From NCBI RefSeq assembly GCF_020745735.1, contig NC_083438.1, positions 38,421,949 to 38,485,948 of the forward strand: a DNA stretch of 64,000 bases, written 5' to 3'. This stretch comes from Hemiscyllium ocellatum. Taxonomy: Eukaryota. Under the pieces are notes generated by a model. It had not been told where the DNA came from and searched no databases. It saw only the letters and a program-made list of their open reading frames with translations. Positions 53,301 to 64,000 of the stretch are shown in pieces. Position numbers and translations under genes: made by a program. Each line of letters opens with the position of its first letter. The stretch's first letter is position 1.

Positions 53301-56300
53301 CCCATGGCCAATCCACCCTGACCTGCACATACCTGGGCATTATGGGACTATTTCCCATGGCCAATCCACCCTAACCTGCACATCCTGAGAATCCATGGGA
53401 CACTTCCCCATGGCCAATCCACCCTAACCTGCACATCCTGGGACACTATGGGACAATTTCCCATGGCCAATCCACCCTGACCTGCACATCCCTGGGCACT
53501 ATGGGACAATTTCTCATGGGCAATCCACCCTAACCTGCACATCCTGGGAATCTATGGGACAATTTCCCATGGCCAATCCACCCTAACCTGCACATCCTGG
53601 GACACTATGGGACAATTTCCCATGGCCAAACCACCCTAACCTGCACATCCCTGGGCACTATGGGTCAAGTTCCCATGGCCAATTATCCAAACCTGCACAT
53701 CCCTGGGCACTATGGGACAATTTCCCATGGCCAATCCATCCTGACCTGCACATCCCTGGGCACTATGGGACAATTTCCCACGGCCAATCCACCCTAACCT
53801 GCACATCCTGGGACACTATGGGACAATTTCCCATGGCCAATCCACCCTGACCTGCACATCCTGGGAATCTATGGGACAATTTCCCATGGCCAATCGACCC
53901 TAACCTGCACATCCCTGGACATGATGGGACAATTTCCCATGGCCAATCCACCCTAACCTGCACATCCCTGGGCACTATGGGTCAATTTCCCATGGCCAAT
54001 CCCACCTAATCTGCACATCCCTGGGCACTATGGGACAATTTCCCATGGCCAATCCACCCTAACCTGCACATCCTGAGAATCCATGGGACACTTCCCCATG
54101 GCCAATCCACCCTAACCTGCACATCCCTGGGCACTATGGGACAATTTCCCATGGCCAATCCACCCTAACCTGCACATCCTGGGACACTATGGGACAGTTT
54201 CCCATGGCCAAGCCACCATAACCTGCACATCCTCGGGCACTATGGGATAATTTCAGATGGCCATTCCACCCTAACCTGCACAACCTCGGAATCTATGGGA
54301 CAATTTCCCATGGCCAATCCACCCTAACCTGCACATCCCTGGGCACTATGGGACAATTTCAAATGGCCAGTCCACCCTAACCTGCACATCCTGTGAATCA
54401 ATGGGACAATTTCCCATGGCCAATTACCCTAACCTGCACATCCTGAGAATCTATGGGACAATTTCCCATCGCCAATCCACCCTAACCTGCACATCCCTGG
54501 ACATGATGGGACAATTTCCCATGGCTAATCCACCCTAACCTGCACATCCCTGGGCACTATGGGACAATTTCCCATGGCCAATCCACCCTAACCTGCACAT
54601 CCTGAGAATCTATGGGCCAATTTCCCATCGCCAATCCACCCTAACCTGCACATCCTGGGACACTATGGGACAATTTCCCATGGCCAATTACCCTAACCTG
54701 CACATCCTGAGAATCTATGGGACAATTTCCCATCGCCAATCCACCCTAACCTGCACATCCCTGGACATGATGGGACAATTTCCCATGGCTAATCCACCCT
54801 AACCTGCACATCCCTGGGCACTATGGGACAATTTCCCATGGCCAATCCACCCTAACCTGCACATCCTGAGAATCTATGGGCCAATTTCCCATAGCCAATC
54901 CACCCTAACCTGCACATCCTGGGACACTATGGGACAATTTCCCATGGCCAATCCACCCTGACCTGCACATCCCAAGGCACTATGGGACAATTTCCCATGG
55001 CCAATCCACCCTAACCTGCACATCCCTGGACTTGATGGGACAATTTCCCATGGCCAATCCACCCTAACCTGCACATCCCTGGGCACTATGGGTCAATTTC
55101 CCATGGCCAATCCCCCCTATTCTGCACATCCATGGGCACTATGGGACAATTTCCCATGGCCAATCCACCCTAACCTGCACATCCTGAGAATCCATGGGAC
55201 ACTTCCCCATGGCCAATCCACCCTAACCTGCACATCCTGGGACACTATGGGACAATTTCCCATGGCCAATCCACCCTGACCTGCACATACCTGGGCATTA
55301 TGGGACTATTTCCCATGGCCAATCCACCCTAACCTGCACATCCTGAGAATCCATGGGACACTTCCCCATGGCCAATCCACCCTAACCTGCACATCCTGGG
55401 ACACTATGGGACAATTTCCCATGGCCAATCCACCCTGACCTGCACATCCCTGGGCACTATGGGACAATTTCTCATGGGCAATCCACCCTAACCTGCACAT
55501 CCTGGGAATCTATGGGACAATTTCCCATGGCCAATCCACCCTAACCTGCACATCCTGGGACACTATGGGACAATTTCCCATGGCCAAACCACCCTAACCT
55601 GCACATCCCTGGGCACTATGGGTCAAGTTCCCATGGCCAATTATCCAAACCTGCACATCCCTGGGCACTATGGGACAATTTCCCATGGCCAATCCATCCT
55701 GACCTGCACATCCCTGGGCACTATGGGACAATTTCCCACGGCCAATCCACCCTAACCTGCACATCCTGGGACACTATGGGACAATTTCCCATGGCCAATC
55801 CACCCTGACCTGCACATCCTGGGAATCTATGGGACAATTTCCCATGGCCAATCGACCCTAACCTGCACATCCCTGGACATGATGGGACAATTTCCCATGG
55901 CCAATCCACCCTAACCTGCACATCCCTGGGCACTATGGGTCAATTTCCCATGGCCAATCCCACCTAATCTGCACATCCCTGGGCACTATGGGACAATTTC
56001 CCATGGCCAATCCACCCTAACCTGCACATCCTGAGAATCCATGGGACACTTCCCCATGGCCAATCCACCCTAACCTGCACATCCCTGGGCACTATGGGAC
56101 AATTTCCCATGGCCAATCCACCCTAACCTGCACATCCTGGGACACTATGGGACAGTTTCCCATGGCCAAGCCACCATAACCTGCACATCCTCGGGCACTA
56201 TGGGATAATTTCAGATGGCCATTCCACCCTAACCTGCACAACCTCGGAATCTATGGGACAATTTCCCATGGCCAATCCACCCTAACCTGCACATCCCTGG

Positions 56301-59300
56301 GCACTATGGGACAATTTCAAATGGCCAGTCCACCCTAACCTGCACATCCTGTGAATCAATGGGACAATTTCCCATGGCCAATTACCCTAACCTGCACATC
56401 CTGAGAATCTATGGGACAATTTCCCATCGCCAATCCACCCTAACCTGCACATCCCTGGACATGATGGGACAATTTCCCATGGCTAATCCACCCTAACCTG
56501 CACATCCCTGGGCACTATGGGACAATTTCCCATGGCCAATCCACCCTAACCTGCACATCCTGAGAATCTATGGGCCAATTTCCCATCGCCAATCCACCCT
56601 AACCTGCACATCCTGGGACACTATGGGACAATTTCCCATGGCCAATCCACCCTGACCTGCACATCCCTGGGCACTATGGGACAATTTCCCATGGCCAATC
56701 CACCCTAACCTGCACATCCCTGGACTTGATGGGACAATTTCCCATTGCCAATCCACCCTAACCTGCACATCCCTGGGCACTATGGGTCAATTTCCCATGG
56801 CCAATCCCCCCTATTCTGCACATCCATGGGCACTATGGGACAATTTCCCATGGCCAATCCACCCTAACCTGCACATCCTGAGAATCCATGGGACACTTCC
56901 CCATGGCCAATCCACCCTAACCTGCACATCCTGGGACACTATGGGACAATTTCCCATGGCCAATCCACCCTGACCTGCACATCCCTGGGCATTATGGGAC
57001 AATTTCCCATGGCCAATCCACCCTAACCTGCACATCCTGGGAATCTATGGGACAATTTCCCATGGCCAATCACCCTAACCTGCACATCCCTGGACATGAT
57101 GGGACAATTTCCCATGGCCAATCCACCCTAACCTACACATCCCTGGGCACTATGGGTCAATTTCCCATGGCCAATCCCCCCTAATCTGCACATCCCTGGG
57201 CACTATGGGACACTTTCCCATGGCCAATCCACCTTAACCTGCACATCCATGGGCACTATGGGACAATTTCCCATGACCAATCCACCCTAAACTGCACATC
57301 CCTGGACACAATGGGACAATTTCCCATGGCCAATCCACCCTAACCTGCACATTCCTGGGCAGTATGAGACAATTTCCCATGGCCAATACACCCTAACCTG
57401 CACATCCCTGGGCACTATGGGACAATTTCCCATGGCCAATCCACCCTAACCTGCACATCCCTGAACACTATGGGACAATTTCCCATGGCCAATCCATCCT
57501 AACCTGTACATTTCTGGACACTATGGGACAATTTCACATGGCCAATATACCCTAACCTGCACATCCTGGGAATCTATGGGACAATTTCCCATGGCCAATC
57601 CACCCTAAACTGCACATCCTGAGAATCCATGGGACAATTTCCCATGGCCAATCCACCCTAACCTGCACATCCCTGGACTTGATGGGACAATTTCCCATTG
57701 CCAAGCCACCATTACCTGCACATCCTCGGGCACTATGGGACAATTTCCCATGGCCAATCCACCCTATTCTGCACATCCCTGGACACTATGGGACAATTTC
57801 CCATGGCCAATCCACCCTAACCTGCACATCCTGAGAATCCATGGGACACTTCCCCATGGCCAAGCCACCCTCACCTGCACATCCTGGGACACTATGGGAC
57901 AATTTCCCATGGCCAATCCACCCTGACCTGCACATCCATGGGCACTATGGGACAATTTCCCATGGCCAATCCACCCTAACCTGCACATCCCTGGACACTA
58001 TGGGACAATTTCCCATGGCCAATCCACCCTAACCTGCACATTCCTGGGCAGTATGAGACAATTTCCCATGGCCAATACACCCTAACCTGCACATCCCTGG
58101 GCACTATGGGACAATTTCCCATGGCCAAGCCACCATTACCTGCACATCCCCGGGCACTATGGGACAATTTCCCATGGCCAATCCACCCTAACCTGCACAT
58201 CCCTGGGCACTATGGGTCAATTTCCCATGGCCAATCCCCCCTAATCTGCACATCCCTGGGCACTATGGGACAATTTCCCATGGCCAATCCACCCTAACCT
58301 GCACATCCTGAGAATCCATGGGACACTTCCCCATGGCCAATCCACCCTAACCTGCACATTCTGGGACACTATGGGACAATTTCCCATGGCCAATCCACCC
58401 TGACCTGCACATCCCTGGGCATTATGGGACAATTTCCCATGGCCAATCCACCCTAACCTGCACATCCTGGGAATCTATGGGACAATTTCCCATGGCCAAT
58501 CCACCCTAACCTGCACATCCCTGGGCACTATGGGACAATTTCCCATGGCCAATCCCCCCTATTCTGCACATCCATGGGCACGATGGGACAATTTCCCATG
58601 GCCAATCCACCCTAACCTGCACATCCTGAGAATCCATGGGACACTTCCCCATGGCCAATCCACCCTAACCTGCACATTCTGGGACACTATGGGACAATTT
58701 CCCATGGCCAATCCACCCTGACCTGCACATCCCTGGGCATTATGGGACAATTTCCCATGGCCAATCCACCCTAACCTGCACATCCTGGGAATCTATGGGA
58801 CAATTTCCCATGGCCAATCACCCTAACCTGCACATCCCTGGACATGATGGGACAATTTCCCATGGCCAATCCACCCTAACCTGCACATCCCTGGGCACTA
58901 TGGGTCAATTTCCCATGGCCAATCCCCCCTAATCTGCACATCCCTGGGCACTATGGGACACTTTCCCATGGCCAATCCACCTTAACCTGCACATCCATGG
59001 GCACTATGGGACAATTTCCCATGACCAATCCACCCTAAACTGCACATCCCTGGACACTATGGGACAATTTCCCATGGCCAATCCACCCTAACCTGCACAT
59101 TCCTGGGCAGTATGAGACAATTTCCCATAGCCAATACACCCTAACCTGCACATCCCTGGGCACTATGGGACAATTTCCCATGGCCAATCCACCCTAACCT
59201 GCACATCCCTGAACACTATGGGACAATTTCCCATCGCCAATCCATCCTAACCTGTACATTTCTGGACACTATGGGACAATTTCACATGGCCAATATACCC

Positions 59301-62300
59301 TAACCTGCACATCCTGGGAATCTATGGGACAATTTCCCATGGCCAATCCACCCTAAACTGCACATCCTGAGAATCCATGGGACAATTTCCCATGGCCAAT
59401 CCACCCTAACCTGCACATCCCTGGACATGATGGGACAATTTCCCATGGCCAATCCACCCTAACCTGCACATCCCTGGGCACTATGGGTCAATTTCCCATG
59501 GCCAATCCCCCCTAATCTGCACATCCCTGGGCACTATGGGACAATTTCCCATGGCCAATCCACCTTAACCTGCACATCCATGGGCACTATGGGACAATTT
59601 CCCATGGCCAATCCACCCTAACTTGCACATCCCTGGACACTATGGGACAATTTCCCATGGCCAATCCACCCTAACCTGCACATTCCTGGGCAGTATGAGA
59701 CAATTTCCCATGGCCAATACACCCTAACCTGCACATCCCTGGGCACTATGGGACAATTTCCCATGGCCAATCCACCCTAACCTGCACATCCCTGAACACT
59801 ATGGGACAATTTCCCATGGCCAATCCATCCTAACCTGTACATTTCTGGACACTATGGGACAATTTCCCATGGCCAAGCCACCATTTCCTGCACATCCCCG
59901 GGCACTATGGGACAATTTCCCATGGCCAATCCACCCTAACCTGCACATCCCTGGGCACTATGGGTCAATTTCCCATGGCCAATCCCCCTTAATCTGCACA
60001 TCCCTGGGCACTATGGGACAATTTCCCATTGCCAATCCACCCTAACCTGCACATCCTGAGAATCCATGGGACACTTCCCCATGGCCAATCCACCCTAACC
60101 TGCACATCCTGGGACACTATGGGACAATTTCCCATGGCCAAATACCCTGACCTGCACATCCCTGGGCATTATGGGACAATTTCCCATGGCCAATCCACCC
60201 TAACCTGCACATCCTGGGAATCTATGGGACAATTTCCCATGGCCAATCCACCCTAACCTGCACATCCCTGGGCACTATGGGACAATTTCCCATGGTCAGT
60301 CCACCCTAACCTGCACATCCTGTGAATCTATGGGACAATTTCCCATGGCCAATTACCCTAACCTGCACATCCTGAGAATCTATGAGACAATTTCCCACAG
60401 CCAATCCACCCTAACCTGCACATCCCTGGGCACTATGGGACCATTTCCCATGGCCAATCCACCCTGACCTGCACATCCCTGGACACTATGGGCCAATTTC
60501 CCATGGCCAATCCACCCTAACATGCACATCCTGGGACACTATGGGACAATTTCCCATGGCCAATCCACCCTGACCTGCACATCCCTGGGCACTATGGGAT
60601 AATTTCCCATGGCCAATCCACCCTAACCTGCACATCCTGGGAATCTATGGGACAATTTCCCATGGCCAATCCACCCTAACCTTCACATCCCTGGACACTA
60701 TGGGCCAATTTCCCATGGCCAATCCACCCTAACCTGCACATCCCTGGGCACTATGGGACCATTTCCCATGGCCAATCCACCCTAACCTGCACATCCCTGG
60801 ACACTATGGGCCAATTTCCCTTAGCCAATCCACCCTAACATGCACATCCTGGGAATCTATGGGACAATTTCCCATGGCCAATACACCCTAACCTGCACAT
60901 CCCTGGGCATTATGGGACTATTTCCCATGGCCAATCCACCCTAACCTGCACATCCTGGGAATCTATGGGACAATTTCCCATGGCCAATCCACCCTAACCT
61001 GCACATCCCTGGACATGATGGGACAATTTCCCATGGCCAATCCACCCTAACCTGCACATCCCTGGGCACTATGGGTCAATTTCCCATGGCCAATCCCCCC
61101 TAATCTGCACATCCCTGGGCACTATGGGACAATTTCCCATGGCCAATCCACCCTAATCTGCACATCCCTGGGCACTATGGGACAATTTCCCATGGCCAAT
61201 CCACCCTAACCTGCACATCCCTGGACACTATGGGACAATTTCCCATGGCCAATCCACCCTAACCTGCACATCCCTGGGCAGTATGAGACAATTTCCCATG
61301 GCCAATACACCCTAACCTGCACATCCCTGGGCACTATGGGACAATTTCCCATGGCCAATCCACCCTAACCTGCACATCCCTGAACACTATGGGACAATTT
61401 CCCATGGCCAATCCATCCTAACCTGTACATTTCTGGACACTATGGGACAATTTCCCATGGCCAATATACCCTAACCTGCACATCCTGGGAATCTATGGGA
61501 CAATTTCCCATGGCCAATCCACCCTAACCTGCACATCCTGAGAATCCATGGGACAATTTCCCATGGCCAATCCACCCTAACCTGCACATCCCTGGACACT
61601 ATGGGACAATTTCCCATGGCCAATCCACCCTAACCTGCACATCCCCGGGCACTATGTGACAATTTCCCATGGCCAATCCACCCTAACCTGCACATCCCTG
61701 GGCACTATGGGTCAATTTCCCATGGCCAATCCCCCCTAATCTGCACATCCCTGGGCACTATGGGACAATTTCCCATGGCCAATCCACCCTAACCTGCACA
61801 TCCTGAGAATCCATGGGACACTTCCCCATGGCCAATCCACCCTAACCTGCACATCCTGGGACACTATGGGACAATTTCCCATGGCCAATCCACCCTGACC
61901 TGCACATCCCTGGGCATTATGGGACAATTTCCCATGGCCAATCCACCCTAACCTGCACATCCTGGGAATCTATGGGACAATTTCCCATGGCCAATCCACC
62001 CTAACCTGCACATCCCTGGGCACTATGGGACAATTTCCCATGGTCAGTCCACCCTAACCTGCACATCCTGTGAATCTATGGGACAATTTCCCATGGCCAA
62101 TTACCCTAACCTGCACATCCTGAGAATCTATGGGACAATTTCCCATAGCCAATCCACCCTAACCTGCACAACATGGGACACTATGGGACCATTTCCCATG
62201 GCCAATCCACCCTAACCTGCACATCCCTGGGCACTATGGGACCATTTCCCATGGCCAATCCACCCTAACCTTCACATCCCTGGACACTATGGGCCAATTT

Positions 62301-62790
62301 CCCATGGCCAATCCACCCTAACATGCACATCCTGGGACACTATGGGACAATTTCCCATGGCCAAGCCACCCTAACCTGCACATCCCCGGGCACTATGGGA
62401 CAATTTCCGATAGCCAATCCACCCTAACCTGCACATCCTGGGAATCTATGGGACAATTTCCCATGGCCAATCCACCCTAACCTGCACATCCCTGGGCACT
62501 ATGGGTCAATTTCCCATGGCCAATCCACCCTAACCTGCGCATCCTGGGAATCTATGGGACAATTTCCGATGGCCAATCCACCCTAACCTGCGCATCCTGG
62601 GACACTATGGAGTACTTTCCAATGGATAACCCACTCTAACCTGCACATGTTTGAACTGTGGGAGGAAACCGGAGCACCTGTTGGAAACCCACGCAGACAC
62701 ACGGAGAACACACAAGGTCCCCACAGACAGTTGTCTGAGGGTGGAATCAAACCCGCGTCCCTGGTGCTGGGACGCAGCAGTGCTAACCAC
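41325..62790 (-). mobile_element. Single HE1-type SINE whose interior has expanded to ~21 kb
   Basis: SINE tail remnant at 41325-41440 (ttagattaga..aaacaggccatttggccc); core and tRNA head at 62645-62790 (tgtgggaggaaaccggagcac..gcagcagtgctaaccactgagcc); only 53-bp units between them. Confidence 0.8.
41441..62648. repeat. 53-bp satellite, ~400 units, with higher-order repeats
   Basis: Continuous tandem array; ~21200/53 is about 400 units; diagnostic variant blocks recur at near-multiples of 53. Confidence 0.97.
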
Positions 62791-62874
62791 TGAGCCTCTG
62801 TGTGACAATGGTGAAGGTACAGAGGACCAAAATACTCCTCACAGTGTTCCAAATGCAGTCTGACCAGTGCCTTA

Positions 62875-63024
62875 GGAGAAAGTGAGGTCCGCAGATGCTG
62901 GAGATCAGAGCTGAAAATATGTTGCTGGAAAAGCGCAGCAGGTCAGGCAGCATCCAAGGAACAGGAGAATCGACGTTTCGGGCATGAGCCCTTCTTCAGG
63001 AATCCTGAAGAAGGGTCCTTCCTT
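62875..63024 (-). mobile_element. PLE terminal-repeat insertion with short inverted end and 12-bp TSD
   Basis: TSD accagtgcctta at 62863-62874 and 63025-63036; inserted into a CR1 fragment. Confidence 0.8.
62966..63005 (-). ncRNA. Minimal type I hammerhead ribozyme motif, core intact
   Basis: Minus strand reads GGAUUC-CUGAAGA-A-GGGC/UCAU/GCCC-GAAA-CGUC^GAUUCU; perfect stem II, palindromic ACGU stem III, stem I with one U-U mismatch. Confidence 0.7.
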
Positions 63025-63454
63025 ACCAGTGCCTTACACAGCCTCAGCAGTACATCTCTACTCTTGTATTCTAGCCCTCTCGCAATGAATGCTAACATTG
63101 CATTTACCTTCCTAACTGCCAACTGAACCTGCATGTCAGATTTCAGGGAATCCTGAACCCGGACTCCCAAAGTCTCCATTACCATTTGATCCATTGAGCC
63201 CTAAGATAAAGGTATAGTCTCCAATCGGCTGCTCCCTCCTCAAACCAACCCCTGCCGGTCAGTGATTCAGACATTGAGCTGGATTGGTGAACCAAGGACT
63301 GCATCAGAAATCCTGGGATGAGTTTCGCCATTGGCCGATGCAGCGTACCATGTGATAGATCCAGTGGGTACTTGACCTGGAATTGTTCAGCAGTGTCATC
63401 AGGCGTTTGGTGGAATCCACAGGCCTCTCTGAAGAGCGGGCCTCTCTCTAGGAT

Positions 63455-63975
63455 CCTTCTTCAGGAATGCCCGAAACGTCGATTTTCCTGCTCCTTGGAT
63501 GCTGCCTGACCTGCTGCGCTTTTCCAGCAACACATTTTCAGCTCTGATCTCCAGCATCTGCAGTCCTCACTTTCCCCTCCTCCTTTACGTTTTTGGAGAT
63601 ATAAGATTTTCCTTTAAACAAGCAGACCTGGGAGTTCACCGTTCCTCGAAAGTGGAGTCGCGGGGAGACAGGGGAGAGAAGGTGATTTTTGGCACGCTTG
63701 GCATTGACTAGGAGAACATAAGAAGATGGAGCAGGAGTGGCCCACAGAGACTGCTCCACCGTTCAGTAGGATCATGGACTGAGCTCCATATTCCCGATAG
63801 GCCAAAGCGAGGACCACAGATGCTGGAGATCAGAGTCAAGATTAGAATGGTGTTAGAAAAGCACAGCAACATCCGAGGAGCAGGAATATCAATGTTTTGG
63901 AAAAACGAAACGCCGATTCTCCTGCTCCTCAGACGCTGCCCGGCCTGCTGTGCTTTTCCAGCACCACACTTTGAT
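63455..63975. mobile_element. Further PLE terminal-repeat fragments (63455-63580 and ~63800-63975) with CR1 debris
   Basis: gatgctgcctgacctgctgcgcttttccagcaacacattttcagctctgatctccagcatctgcag and a second inverted pair. Confidence 0.7.
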
Positions 63976-64000
63976 CCCCAGAATATGCCGTACTCACTTT

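Noticed and set aside
41441-62648. Dozens of 63-75 aa ORFs (MGQFPMANPP.., MCRLGWIGHGK..) and a possible CRISPR-like array
   Set aside because: They are translations of the 53-bp monomer; there are no unique spacers and no cas genes, and the context is vertebrate.
41441-62648. GGGACAATTTCCC as an NF-kB site
   Set aside because: Half-site spacing is 2-3 nt longer than the GGGRNWYYCC consensus.
41441-62648. Interstitial telomere
   Set aside because: Only one CCCTAA per 53 bp, never tandem.
40625-64000. Search for nectin exon 5 (second half of Ig3) or a transmembrane exon
   Set aside because: Candidate AG sites in 40625-41440 and 62650-64000 give early stops or TE sequence; the exon probably lies beyond the window.

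Overview
Vertebrate genomic DNA, almost certainly elasmobranch (shark), inferred from HE1-type tRNA-derived SINEs, CR1 LINEs and shark-type Penelope-like elements (PLEs). The only well-supported host gene is a + strand nectin/PVR-family Ig-superfamily gene. Four coding exons splice in frame with GT-AG sites: leader 17678-17744, IgV 24164-24502, IgC2 37822-38115, and the first half of Ig3 at 40507-40624 (not in the ORF track). The rest of the gene lies beyond the window. Intron 4 holds a ~21.2 kb satellite of ~400 x 53-bp units that expanded inside one SINE copy and shows higher-order repeat structure. The same 53-bp unit forms smaller arrays inside four other SINE copies. Two other tandem arrays appear to derive from TE fragments. 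Also present: a Gypsy (Gmr1-like) LTR element lacking RT and integrase, solo LTRs, a CR1 with an uninterrupted 554-aa RT ORF, and rearranged PLEs with GIY-YIG domains. A family of short fold-back PLE-end insertions has 12-16 bp TSDs and minimal hammerhead ribozyme cores. There are three N gaps. Exon, TSD and motif coordinates were counted by hand; repeat boundaries are approximate. Most ORF-track entries are spurious repeat translations.
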